Positions 13,888 to 26,524 are shown, counted from the first letter of the stretch. The stretch: 64,000 nt of DNA from Phoronis australis (GCA_002633005.1 NMRA01000035.1:719260-783259), one strand, 5' to 3'. Program-made: numbers and translations. Notes: a model not told the origin generated them from the sequence alone.

Positions 13888-14901
13888 CTAAAAACAAAAT
13901 ATTTGCAATTATCATGTTACAACACATCAACTGGGTGACACCTTTCTGAGTGACACATTCCATTCTATGGGAGTACCCCCCCCCAGATCAGCACCCCAAC
14001 GTCACGTTTCTTAAAGACCTGCCACAGTGGTTCCTCCTGCAACAATACAGATCTAAATCACAAACATTTTTTAAGTCTAGTCTGCAAGCCACCTGTTGGC
14101 CATCACGTGACCTAATACAGATCTAAAGAACAACACAATATGACGTCAAATATTTAAACTGCAGCTTTAAGAAGTAGCTATAAACCCGCCTCCTCTCAAA
14201 AAAACAAACTGATTAAAACGACTCACTGATCAAAAATGAGTACCAAACAGGCTCTAATTCAGATGCGGAGTGATTCAGGGCTTGCGAAGAAGCATAGATC
14301 ATGGCTGCTAGAGAACAGGCTCAATAAGTAGCACCTTCGTGTAAACTGACAGGTTTAATATGCAAGCATGACCTTAAACAACGAGCTACCAGTTCTCACT
14401 AAGTCCAGATATCCCTACTTAGAATCCAAGTAGGGAACAAGTGAAGACCACAGTGAGAGGTCAACATTAAAAGTTTGCCTTTTTAAGCACAAGTTGGGTT
14501 CATAGCGCCTCTAATCGTTTCTACGATCTTATGTTAACTGGAGCATTATTTATATTGGAAATGTTGGTTGTGCTGATTTATTGTTTAATCTCCTAATGAG
14601 CAAAGCACAACTCACAGTGCCTACTTACCTTCTATACCAATGTGCATGATTCACCAAATAGTTTTTCCAATTCATGAAATCTTATACTTTTCATATCTTT
14701 GATGACTACAGAAACACAAAATTAAAACACTCTGGCATTTATTTTTCCATGATTTTTCAATGATGCACTTCCATAGAAAAGTAATAAATTTGATTATAAA
14801 TACCTGTTAAAAAACAGACAATTCGCTTTAAGAAAGTACATCAAGAATACTTGTAGTCAAATTGCAATTTTATAATTATTTATCCTTAATAGTATACCTA
14901 C

Positions 14902-14979
14902 CCCTGGGTAGCCAGGAAAGCTGCCACTAGTTGGTGGATAGCCGGGACCTCCGGGTGCAGGATAACCACCCCATGACAT
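14902..14979 (-). CDS. ANXA7: Annexin A7/A11-like, first coding exon (MSWGGYPAPGGPGYPPTSGSFPGYPG)
   Basis: Acceptor ttacag 4 nt before ATG; GYP-rich N-terminus typical of ANXA7/ANXA11; donor gtaggt; 78 nt, phase 0. A7 vs A11/B11 orthology is not resolved. Confidence 0.88.
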
Positions 14980-15122
14980 GATGCTGTAATTACAAATGAC
15001 AGTTTAAGGTGATATCATTGGCAACATTCTCTCGTCCGTCTATGTGCAATTCAGAAGTAATCTGTCTCCAGGATCTGTTTCATGAATATTCATTGGCTAA
15101 TGACCTACCGTAAGTCAGAAAT

Positions 15123-15494
15123 TTGGCCATGATACACTACCACTTCACAATTATTGGTCACGATACACTACCACTTCACAATTATTGGTCACGATACACT
15201 ACCACTTCACAATTATTGGTCATGATATACTACCACTTCACAATTATTGGTCATGATACACTACCACTACACAATTATTGGTCATGATACACTACCATTT
15301 CACAATTACTGGTCACGATACACTACCACTTCACAATCATTGGTCACGATACACTACCACTTCACAATTATTGGTCACGATACACTACCACTTCACAATT
15401 ATTGGTCATGATACACTACCACTTCACAATCATTGGTTACGATACACTACCACTTCACAATTATAGGTCATGATACACTACCACTTCACAATTA
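15123..15494 (+). repeat. Minisatellite, 31-bp unit x12 (ttggtcaygatacactaccacttcacaatta)
   Basis: Directly visible head-to-tail repeats with no spacers. Confidence 0.97.
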
Positions 15495-16486
15495 TTGAAC
15501 AAAGGCTTAGCCATGTAATTATTAGCACATCACAGTCTAAAAATAAATCCGTACACAAAATATCTCAGAAAATCTCAAAGACTTTGTTCTTTTGGTGCAC
15601 GTAACATGATCGCATCCAACATGCCTCAGTTTCGTGTTTAGACGTATAGTTGAAATGGTGCGAGATGATAAGGTGCAAGTAGCTCTACCTCAAAATCTGG
15701 TGACAAAAGTTGACACCATGGGGTCAGGTGCCTCAGGTCAACAGCTTCATGTAGTGTAAGCAGCAATGTTGATGAGTTTCCAATTTAAGATTTAATGACT
15801 ACTTCACAAGAATAGAGGAGACACAAAAATATTCAGTTTTTAAGTCTAACTTCAATGGAATTTTGGTGTTTTAGATGTACCGGACTAACCAGATAGTCCT
15901 GGCAATTAACCTTAGTAAAATAAGATCACTCAAATGTACGCTCGTTAAATGATAGGTGAAGCTGCATTTTGTGTCATGTTGCGTCACCGCGAAATGCCAG
16001 CACAAACAACAAAAGGCCGATAACATTTGTATTGAATAGGGGTCTGAATAGAGCACCATTGCGTATGGGTGTTATAAGCAGCTGTGATTCTCGCGGTGAC
16101 GTTGACAAAAGCAAGCCTAACAGTGTGTTACGTGTGGCAATTTATAGCACTAGTGGGCTCAGAGCGATGCTCTTAACATAATGTAGGAACCAAGTTTACA
16201 GGTGTTACCATTCAAGACCTGTGCAATTACAATGGATCTTCACCTGTGCCTATACATGAAACTGGTGAGCATGAATCTATGCGTGTAGAATACTAGAGCA
16301 AATACAATTTTTTTGCAAAAAGAGCATCTATGAAATTTTGAATACCGGCATTCAGTGCCGAATAAACACAGCAAGTCATCTCATCCCATCAGCATTCAGC
16401 ACTTCACAAACAAGTTGTACAAAAATCAGTTTGTTGTTCAAGCAGAGACCATTTTCATCATAACATATCGATAAACACTGACTGAC

Positions 16487-16660
16487 CTCCAATGAAATGG
16501 GTTGCAGTTTCCAGGAGGCCTATGAACTTAAAACCCGCAACTGATTATCAGAGTCAATCCTGAGCAACAGGTTTGTTCGGGATTCCTTTCAATCCTTAAT
16601 CGAAAAAGAACAACCACAAGTTCACCATCCTCCATCTGGACCCGAATGTACTTCCGAATG
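16487..16660 (-). other. Possible non-coding first exon / promoter of the annexin gene
   Basis: The ATG exon begins with a splice acceptor, so a 5'UTR exon must lie upstream. There is a donor-like GAG|gtcagt near 16486 and an ETS-like acttccg near 16650. The TSS is not determined. Confidence 0.35.
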
Positions 16661-16729
16661 TTACCAACTTTGTGTTGTTTTTCTAGAACAAGAACTTTTG
16701 CATCCCAATACAGGATTTCCTGGTTTTGT

Positions 16730-18956
16730 TCAGCTTATTTTCCATTTGGCAACCTAGGAATTTAGCCAGGTTGCATTTGGCGAGTTGATGTTATTGCCAA
16801 CCGTCTAAGACCTGTGAGTGTGATACAATTTCTCAGCTCATAATTTGTTGAAAGTCAAACCTTTAAACCTCATCTATTTTAAACAGGGGCAGTGCAATTT
16901 TGTAATGTGAAAGGAAGTTCCTTCGCCTAAAATACAAAACTAAAATATGACAGCAAAAATGCATATTTTCATGGAAGATTCTTTCTGGCTCTCTCTTGCG
17001 ACCTGAAATTTGGATAGGCGAACTGAGATTTTTGTCAGCTCGTATCAAGTCACAAAATGCGACCTGGAATTTCCAACGAATGCGAGCTGAGTTTTTACAC
17101 TTCTCGGCAGACACCTGACAAATGTAAAGCAACTCTTGTTAATCTGACCGTTATTTGGTTGTTGCCAAGTCCAAGTTCAAAAGAACACTAACCGAGACTT
17201 GTAAGTAAGTCGCGTGAACATGGGATATGCAGAATTGATCTCGGACACGTTTCATTGGCTAACATTTTCGGCCACTTTTGCAAATTTCCAGATTCGCCGA
17301 AGAAAGTTTCGGGCCACTGCATAAGGAGTGATAAAACGTCACAAAACAACGGTGTTTCTTCTAATTCTTAAGCGATCAACATACCAAACTTTGTGGTGGA
17401 CAAATTTGTTTATTGTTCGCATAAGATGTCCTTATTACATGTACCAAACATCCACGACAATATCCCTGTGGCAACGTTGTTAGACAATCATGACTTAGAG
17501 ATGTGCGTCTCATTTTTATTGCATATTCAGTCAAAGTGAAAATGACAACCCTATTAATCGCCAAACGACGGTCACGCCTTTACTTACTTTCAGTTGCCAA
17601 GAAATTCTCAAACCGCTTTACTTGTTTCTGGGGCTACGTATGCGAAATAAGATTTGTCTTTCACAGGTTGCCAACATAAAGTGTAGGCCTACTCCAGCAA
17701 TTCAGGTGCGTAAACTCGCGCGTGCGCACCACTTCAAAGCTGCACATCAAAAGACAACAGCGACAGTTCTAAATGAAAGAGTATACCGGCTTGGCTCTGT
17801 CTTATTTGAAAATGAACTCATAGATTCCCAGCCGTTGAAAAAGACCCGATGCCCCGGGACCGATATAATTCAGAACTGATATTTTCTTGTTCCGATATTT
17901 CCTGAGGTCGATGTTCTCTAAACCCTGTATTCTATGCTCGTAGCCAGCTATTGCAACTAAACAGGTACTAGATGCGAAATTGTGGTTAGCAAACTTTTTA
18001 TTCTTCTCTTCATACACCTCCCCCCGGTAACTTTTCTCTCCCCGAACCACTGTCACCGTAAAATGTTCAGACTCCTATAGAAACAACTTTGTCCCGGCTG
18101 AAGCAGGCAGTTAAAAACAAAATTATTCCCGGTGGCTAAAAAGCATACAGTGTAGGTAGTAACGATATCCAGAAAGCCACCCTACTAGATGGAGTTTGCC
18201 TCGCAAAATCGTATTTTTATAACGTTTCTTACCATTGGTTTTAATATCTTATTACTGCAAACATTCAGCTTAACGACTGCGCTCATGCACAAGCCTACTC
18301 CCTACCTTTGAAGTGTTTCATAATAAGCGCGCACTGATCTACTAAGAGTCCCCCTTACATTTTAAGAATTTCCAATTAAGCGCCCCAAATGGGTCATTCG
18401 GTTAGGGAATCGTTTCACGGATTTTTTTTCGACAGATGTTTTTCAAACGTCGAGTTAAATTGCAAAATTTGGGCTGCAAACAAAAAGTGGAAGGAATTTG
18501 CACTCCGAGTTAGTTTGAATCTTTAACAACTTTGATGACAGCCAGTATCAGGTTAGACCTAGAAAAATCCTGAACACTTTTTCAACGGGCATTTTCTCCC
18601 TTTTCACATCGCAAACTTAGCTACTCGAATGCACGTTTCAGTTAGAGAGCACTAATTCAACTTTAACATCCGCAACTTGCCTTGGGCTCTAGAGCCTTTC
18701 AATAGCTGTCGTGAAGAACAGTAACACCGTACCTGCATGAACGAAGTCAATTTTGCAATCTGAAATTAGTGAGTATTTACTGCTGCAGGTAAGAGCATAA
18801 TCTAAACATTTTCTCGATGATCTAAAAAATCAATTTTGACGTGTAAAAATGGCGGGAAAATTTTGCAACCTGGCGAGCTGGATTTTGAAAATGTGACCTG
18901 GGATTTTGGCTAGGTCGCAAAATGCGACCTGGCGATTTTAACAGCGTCAAGCTCTG
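16730..18956. mobile_element. Non-autonomous hAT-like DNA transposon, copy 1 (left end approximate)
   Basis: Colinear homology with 35234-36868; subterminal tgcgacctgg repeats; right end agcgtcaagctctg. Confidence 0.75.
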
Positions 18957-19865
18957 ATTGTATTCCAAGACATGAATTTGAAGTACCGGTATTCCTTAAG
19001 GATTGTATTGTCAAAGTCATAGAAATATGGTGTAAAAGGTCTTGTACGTGATAGCACTTTGTGGCATTGAATCTCATGCCCAAGTTACTAGCCCATATTT
19101 CTAGGTTCTTCAAATCTTTCTGTAGTTTGACTTTCAAGTGGTCTGTCTGTGATCTGATAGGCCGACATAAAACAATAGTCTGCGAACAATCTCACTTGAG
19201 AACTCACACGGTCTGGTAAATCTTTGATGGCAAAAGAAAAGTAGTAGGCCAACCACTATGCCCTGGAAGACACCCCAAGTCTACACCAGGCCTTTATCCA
19301 GGATTTTGAAAACTGGGTGTCCAAAATGGGGTTCCCAATATTCCAGGACGTCAATAATTCCGATGCGTAACCCCCCACCCCCAGCAATACCCCCAAACAC
19401 ACAATTTTTTTACAAGTTAATGCATACATCAAGGTTTTTACATCTAGTTTATAAAACAGCCTTCTATGGTGAGCATTTTTACTAAAAAAATGTGTAGACC
19501 AAGACTTTTACAATGCTGTCAATCAAGTGTCAAAATAGCAACAATGCATATACTTTGTATACACATTGTATATTTCTTCCTGCTTTGAAAAAAGAACCCC
19601 CACTGTAAGCCTTCAGAGGCTTCCTAGTATTCATTACAATGTGCGAGTCCAAACTTGAAAGGTTCCTATTGACAGTGGGCGACCAAATGATACATTGGGC
19701 GTCCTTGCCAGGGCGTCCAAATTAGTGCCAGGGCGTCCATTTGGACAGCCAGGACGTACGCTAAGGCCTGGTCTACACTGACCTTCCTCCCTTCGAAAAC
19801 GAATCCTCCATCGCAACCCTCATTCTCCAGGGAGATAGGAACGAACTGATCTAAGATGATACTTT
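18957..19865 (-). pseudogene. Decayed LINE (CR1/L2-group) reverse-transcriptase fragment
   Basis: Minus-strand remnants GVFQG (from GVPQG), DLPDRVSSQVRLFADY (from FADD) and LQKDLKNLEIWASNLGMRFNATKC, with frameshifts; interrupted by a hAT MITE. Confidence 0.85.
19287..19770. mobile_element. hAT MITE with perfect 8-bp TSD
   Basis: TIR caggcctt/aaggcctg; TSD gtctacac at 19279-19286 and 19771-19778. Confidence 0.92.
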
Positions 19866-20460
19866 TCTACAATTAGTAGTTACCTAAAGAAGGTTATGCT
19901 TTAGGAATATATATTTTTGCCTAGAAGGTAGCTTTTCTCTCGTGAACAAGTGAAGAATAAAATGTTGGTCACCTGCAGTCATCACAAATTGCGCAATTGC
20001 ACAACCCACACCTTTACTAATTTTTACTCGTCCACTTGGCAAAAGGCATAACAATACGTCTCAATCCCAGGTCTTATCAACTTGTGATAACCAGGTAACC
20101 TGAAATCCCTACATTAACTTAAAAGCTCACATTGAACCTATGGAGTTGAACATTGTTGTCATGTTGTCATGTTGAACACAACTTGACACAACTTTCACTT
20201 CCAGAATCAACATTTTTCAATTGGGCCTGCCCTAAAGCAAAATAAAATGGAATGGGCTTTGATTAATTCCAATGAAGTTAGTGAGAAAAATACGCCATTT
20301 TCTGTAAGACCAGCAAATACTCAAGCACTCTAATCATACCTGCCTTGAGCTTCTCACTAATTATTGAATGAGAGGTTTATGGGTCGACAGACTTGTTGTC
20401 GAAGACAGAACGTGACTATTATCCTGCCACAGATCTCGGAGATAACGAGTTTCTCACTGA

Positions 20461-20499
20461 ATCTCACCCTTTTCCGGCAGCCATTAATCTGTTGCGATC
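20461..20499 (+). promoter_or_regulatory. RPS24: RPS24 polypyrimidine (TCT/5'TOP) initiator and short 5'UTR
   Basis: ctcacccttttcc tract ~30 nt before an ATG that is immediately followed by a splice donor, the usual layout of ribosomal-protein genes. Confidence 0.75.
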
Positions 20500-20502
20500 A
20501 TG
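20500..20502 (+). CDS. RPS24: RPS24 exon 1 coding part (ATG only)
   Basis: atcATG|gtgag; ATG-only first coding exon as in vertebrate RPS24. Confidence 0.85.
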
Positions 20503-21236
20503 GTGAGAATATAGTGGTTGTTTTAATCTTGAGAAATCAACCTCATAACCTCGTCATCTGTGTGCATTACCTTTTAAATAACAAAGGAAATAAATAGCCT
20601 GTACATTACACTATTTACTGGTTTTATGGATTCCGTTTGGGTAGATACAGTGATACTTAAAGTTTGTTAATTGTACTACAGAAAATTCCGTTTTCGTGGA
20701 CACCGACCCCTTGTATTAAAATCCAGTTCTACTGGGCGGTCATTTCTGCGTTTATTCAGTGTAAACGTTTACAAAATATATTGCGAGGACCAATTTTTTC
20801 GGGCTCCGATTCGAGAATCAGATAGGTAATGCAATGTCAATGTCAAATCGATGTGATTGTATTGTGACCTCTGACTGTGTTTGACTTTGCAAATTTTCAC
20901 GTCATTAAATGACGTGAAAATTTGCAAGTGGCAACTGGGCAGTGTTATTGTTACACAGACGCAAGGCACAGTTATGACTGAAAATAACTTGTTAAAGTTG
21001 TGAGGCCTTGTGTTTTCAGCATGCATTCTCCCCTCCCCCTTACCCCTCAGTTGGTCATTTGACTTTAAACAGGGTTTGGAAGTCCATGCATACTGAAATT
21101 GTAGAATTTAGTGTCGTCACACTGGAATTGCACATCAGAATATAACCTGCATGTTTTGACATTGCAATCATGTGAGAATTTGTTTTCAATCCAACACTAT
21201 CAATGTACATACTTCATACTATTTTCTGAATCGTCA

Positions 21237-21358
21237 GTCATTGATGATGATTCCAAAAATGTATTACCGTACTCGACAATAACCCCATATTATCTTCCGT
21301 GGGAAACTGGTTGGATATAGTGGTCCTGATTTTGAGATCCAGGTGATCACTGAATGAC
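21237..21358 (+). ncRNA. Candidate intronic box C/D snoRNA (copy A)
   Basis: gtcat-tg-ATGATGA (box C, 21244-21250) ... CTGA (box D, 21350-21353)-atgac with a 5-bp terminal stem. It lies in the sense strand of a ribosomal-protein intron, ~110 nt before the 3' splice site. Confidence 0.6.
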
Positions 21359-21469
21359 GGGCTAAAACTTGTGGATAAAACTGGTTCTCAAAATCAGGGA
21401 CTGCTTTATCCGCCCAGTGCCCTTGTATGGTAAATGGACTTTAGCTTAATTTTTGTACTTGTTTTTTAG

Positions 21470-21535
21470 GCTGATACTTGTACGCTAAGGACAAGGAAGT
21501 TCCTGGTCAACAATCTCCTCCGCAGAAAGCAGATG
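21470..21535 (+). CDS. RPS24: RPS24 exon 2, copy A (ADTCTLRTRKFLVNNLLRRKQM)
   Basis: Acceptor ttttag and donor gtaagt; 66 nt; eS24 motif RTRKF...LLxRKQM. Confidence 0.92.
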
Positions 21536-22175
21536 GTAAGTTGAAAATGTGTGTCTACAATTTTTAATTCTTTTACTATTTCTGTTGTCCTTTAAGTTAA
21601 ATATCAGACACGAAATGAAGGTTTGGTTCTTTTCTGATATAGCTTAGAGATTTTTTGCAATCTGGACCATTTTTGATTTTTCTACAATATTGTGTCATTG
21701 GTGCAACCCAGTTAGGGGTCAAAGCCTGACAAAGTGTAATGGTGATAAAAGCCAGCATTGATCAGGATAATGAATCTGAATGAATATTATTTAGAATTGA
21801 GATACATATGGAAATGAGGGTTAAAAAAAGTGGTGAAGGTGTGTTCAAATAAGAGGGAATTTGGGTTGGTTTTCTTTGTGGTTTTGAGTTGTCTGCCTAT
21901 CAAAAAACAGCTGTGTTAACAAAGAAGATGCGGATGGAAACGGTGAACGTGATGGGGAGCTACTGGAAATATGAAAAATCTAATGTGGCAATGGCTTGCT
22001 GAAGTAGCGTATCATCAGTCGCCTATTACTTTCCAATAGTTGGCTGGCCCAGGTTTGGGACAGCTGTCTTGGTGTGTCTTTTCAGGCCATATATTTGAAG
22101 TATTGTTACGAAATTTGACAAATGTGTTTCTAATGGCAGATATTTGGACAGTTTCGACTGCTTATGTGCCCCTTA

Positions 22176-23103
22176 CAGGGCTTGGAATTTTCCGCGGAAA
22201 CGCGGATTTCCGCTTTTTTGAAATGTGCTTTCCGCTTTTTTTATAATATTTCCGCGTAAAAAAATCGGATTTGATATGAAATTTCCGTCAAATTCCTTTC
22301 TTACCGCGGCGTTGCAGACGACGTTCACCTCGGAAAGCGGAAGTTGCTCTTTATGTTTGGAGGAATGTAAATTGTCAACATTGCCGGGGCATCTGGGTAA
22401 AGCATGGTGTGATTCTCAATGGCGGCTCGTGTTATTGTTAAGCGCGGCGACAAATACTACCGCTCTGCAGCCAAAATTGTGCGGGTTGGGAGTGGACGGG
22501 TGAGCGAAAAGGACGCAGACGCATGNAAATCTTTTTCCACAATGAAACCATCTCATTGAACTGACAATATGTCACTGAACCCCATTTTTTCGTTTGTTTT
22601 TAAACTCAAGTCAAACCCCGACCGCGCACGTGCGGGTGTCATATCAAGAAGCCTAAGTGATACTAAAAACTGCAGTGAGTTAGCACGTGCTTTAGTCGTC
22701 TGCCCTAATTCATCGAAACGACTTGGCGCCGTCATCAGATTTCATTTTATGGACAATTTTGTTGCGAATGGACCTGGGTTCTAGCAGCATATATGTCAAA
22801 ACACTCGAGCTGAAATTTGGCGACAAGGTGCCCGCGGCCATTACGAGGTTAATCAGTTTTCCGCGATGTGGCGTATGGAGAAACATGGTGTCCGATATTT
22901 AGGTTCTCCGAAGGTTTGGTTGTTGTGTTTTTTGAAGATCAGTCGGAACATAAATATGGCTTTCAGTGACAAGATATAGTAACAGAACAATTCCGTGAAG
23001 GTAAATCTTTATTTCAGCAAAGAATTTACAACAATCCTTAGTATTTTCAATTAAATATAATGCAAAATGTGCCAAAACGTCCGATAATTAGGTCACTTGA
23101 CTG
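22176..23103. mobile_element. hAT-like element fragment between the RPS24 duplicates
   Basis: Begins CAGGGCTTGG with subterminal ttccgc repeats; no matching right TIR seen; single N at 22526. Confidence 0.6.
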
Positions 23104-23298
23104 TACCCCTCAGTTGGTCATTTGACTTTAAACAGGGTTGGAAGTCCATGCATACTGAAATTGTAGAATTTAGTGTCGTCACACTGGAATTGCACATCAG
23201 AATATAACCTGCATGTTTTGACATTGCAATCATGTGAGAATTTGTTTTCAATCCAACACTGTTAATGTACATACTTCATACTATTTTCTGAATCGTCA

Positions 23299-23420
23299 GT
23301 CATTGATGATGATTCCAAAAATGTATTACCGTACTCGACAATAACCCCATATTATCTTCCGTGGGGCACTGGTTGGATATAGTGGTCCTGATTTTGAGAT
23401 CCAGGTGATCACTGAATGAC
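23299..23420 (+). ncRNA. Candidate intronic box C/D snoRNA (copy B)
   Basis: Duplicate of 21237-21358 with boxes and terminal stem intact. Confidence 0.55.
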
Positions 23421-23531
23421 GGGCTAAAACGTGTGGATAAAACTGGTTCTCAAAATCGGGGACTGCTTTATCCGACCAGTGCCCTTGTATGGTAAATGGA
23501 CTTTGGCTTAATTTTTGTACTTGTTTTTTAG

Positions 23532-23597
23532 GCTGATACTTGTACGCTAAGGACAAGGAAGTTCCTGGTCAACAATCTCCTCCGCAGAAAGCAGATG
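23532..23597 (+). CDS. RPS24: RPS24 exon 2, copy B (identical duplicate)
   Basis: Identical 66-nt exon with intact splice sites inside the 1.15-kb duplication. Confidence 0.8.
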
Positions 23598-24535
23598 GTA
23601 AGTTGAAAATGTGTGTCTACAATTTTTAATTCTTTTACTATTTCTGTTGTCCTTTAAGTGAAATATCAGACAGGAAATGAAGGTTTGGTTCTTTTCTGAT
23701 ATAGCTGAGAGATTTTTTGCAATCTGGACCATTTTTGATTTTTCTACAATATTGTGTCATTGGTGCAACCTAGTTAGGGGTCAAAGCCTGACAAAGTGTA
23801 ATGGTGATAAAAGCCAGCATTGATCAGGATAATGAATCTGAATAAATATTTAGAATTGAGATACATATGGAAATGAGGGTGAAAAAAAATGGTGAATGTG
23901 TGTTCAAATAAGAGGGAATTTGGGTTGGTTTTCTTTGTGGTTTTGAGTTGTCTGCCAATCAAAAAAACAGCTGTGTTAACAAAGAAGATGCGGATGGAAA
24001 CGGTGAAAGTGATGGGGAGCTACTGGAAATATGAAAAATCTAATGTGGCAGTGGCATTGTCTCTTAGGTCTTCTAATTAGCATGTTGAAGTAGCGTATCA
24101 TCAGTCGCCTATTATTTCCAATAGTTGGCTGGCCCAGGTTTGGGACAGCTGTCTTGGTGTGTCTTTTCAGGCCATATATTTGAAATGTCGTTACAAAATT
24201 TGACAAATGTGTTTCTAATAACAGATATTTGGACAGTTTCGACTGCTTATGTGCCCCTTAGTGGCCGTTTTAATTTCTGCATTTGCCTCAATATCTGTAA
24301 AGTTTTATTAAGAATCTTCATGAAATTTGGTAGTTAATATTTTGTCTAAAAAATACTTACCTATTTTTGGACAGTTCTTGGGCTGTGCCCCTGGAGCCAA
24401 TTTTAAGTATTCCTTGTTTGGTATTCTCCTCTATGTCCACTTATATCATAGAAGAATCATCACATGTTTCTGTTGGCGTATAATGGTTTAGTCAGGCCCC
24501 GATGCCTGTGTATGAAGCTGCATTAATATCCGGAG

Positions 24536-25662
24536 CAGGGTTTCCCCTGCGTGTAAACTTCTGGGCCACCCACCACGCTCCTTTTTGGCCCCGCCACTCG
24601 TAAATCATACTCAAATTGACCGCCACACACCTAATCGTGATGGGGAAACTTCACCGCCATGCAAAAATCGCTAGTAAAAATGATCGCTAGTAAAAATGAA
24701 TCGCTTGTAAAAATGATCGCTAGTAATAATGAATAAGTACAAGTCACACGGCACCTTTTGCTGTTTGTGGATCAAAAGGAAAAAATAGTAATTTTACAAT
24801 GGAATCTTGAATTGTGTCCCCGTTAAACACAGTCATTCAATCCCCAATCTCCTTTCGTACCTCGTTTCTGCCTGGTTATCCGACAATGCATATATACTTA
24901 ATACAGCCGGGGACCAGGCAACGACTTCGATACGAATTTTTGTAAAATGGGAAAGTGCCTGGGCTCGCTAATGAAGTAAGAAACAGTAAGATTTCTGCTT
25001 CATTCATTTTATCGTGTCCGAGTTTACAAAAGACATTGAATTATACTGCAGGGCGTGACATCCAACTGTTTAATCAAGCGCTAAAATGACGATATTGAAT
25101 GTTAACCAGTCTCAGATTTGTCTGCATGGACTGTATTATTACGTCGTCTGCTACGCCAATCCACTATCACTGATTTATGTTTAGCAAGACGGTATCAACT
25201 GAAGTTACGTTACACGAATTAGTTGATTTCGTTTTCAAAGTTCAAATATTTTTTGTTCTATGTTTGTCACTTTGTGGTTAAACTGAATTTTGACACTGGT
25301 TTTTTGTACTCAAGTGCAACAGAGATCACACTATGCCAGACACTTCATTGCGAAATTGTCTTGCGAAGTGTTCTTTACCCAGATACTTCCACTACATGAT
25401 GCTCGGGTTAATTTCTTGTCTATGTTGTCTATGATGAGCAAACTGCACCCAATTACATCTAATTTTCAAATTTTGCCTGAGGAAGGTCATCCTATGCTCA
25501 CATGTGGTGCCAGGTTCCGAATCCGCGTCGAGCATTCACCACCAGGCTCCTTTATAAACCCAGCTAATTATCCCATTCCTCATATTCGCGTGCAGCAACG
25601 GGCTTTGCACCCCGTTTTGGTCATTCACCACCACGCTCTTTGCAAAACCCAGGGAAACACTG
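24536..25662. mobile_element. Non-autonomous DNA transposon (hAT-like TIR)
   Basis: Termini cagggtttccc / gggaaacactg; internal 16-17-bp repeat atcgctagtaaaaatg x4; TSD unclear. Confidence 0.7.
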
Positions 25663-26314
25663 CAGAGTGAGGTGCACGTGCCTATTTATAAAACGATTGA
25701 GTGAAACCAAAAAGCAGATTTTTCAAAGATTGTGTGAGGGAATCATAGCATATTCAATTCAAGTCAATATTCACTATAAAATGAAAACTAATTAGTGAGA
25801 AGCTTAAAAGAGCGTATTTTAAGATATGCACATATACAAAGTATACCCTACCTTCGCCAATAAGTGAAGCATAGGTGCAGAATATTTCTGAGTCAAAATA
25901 TTTCTATGAAAAGGCATTATTTTGAATGCAGGTGCAGGGACCTAGATATGCACATATACTGTCAGTTGAGCATGACTGGCATCGTTTCTTGGAAGAAAGC
26001 AACTGCTGCAATGCCGCCCTTTGATAATTTTAGGTTGATCTCATTTACCAGCTGCATAGCATTTGCCCATTTGCGAATGACTATCACTGCACATTGTATA
26101 CTCTGTTTTAAGTTTGTTATAGTTACTCACTCTAATGTGTGGAAACAAAATAGCACCCATTGTATTTTTTCCTGTTAGCGTTATGAAAAAATTATAATGA
26201 AGTGACTTGCAAGTCAACCAATTCACTTCATTTGCTTGTGTTGTCTTGTACTTAAGTCCCCATTCTATTATAACATGTTCTCTTCAACTGATCCCCGCGT
26301 TGTTTACTTCCCAG

Positions 26315-26524
26315 GTTGTTGATGTCCTCCACCCCACCCGGGCCACAGTCCCCAAGAAAGAGGTGAGAGATAAGTTGGCCAAGATGTACCAGACAACCTC
26401 CGATGTCGTATTCGCCTTCGGCTTCCGTACCCAGTTTGGCGGTGGAAAGACCACAGGTTTTGCCCTTATCTACGAGAACTTGGATTTTGCAAAGAAATTT
26501 GAACCAAAATACAGGCTATCTAGG
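26315..26524 (+). CDS. RPS24: RPS24 exon 3 ([14 protein letters not shown]...[19 protein letters not shown]...KYRLSR)
   Basis: eS24 signature [13 protein letters not shown]; 210 nt; AG/GT boundaries. Confidence 0.98.

Larger units (their letters stand above)
23104..24260 (+). repeat. Duplicate of 21041-22175 (RPS24 intron 1 / exon 2 / intron 2)
   Basis: Direct repeat with scattered SNPs and one ~25-nt indel; the copies are separated by a hAT-like sequence at 22176-23103. Confidence 0.92.

Noticed and set aside
15123-15494. 31-bp repeat array as CRISPR
   Set aside because: Head-to-tail units with no unique spacers, no cas genes and a eukaryotic intron context.
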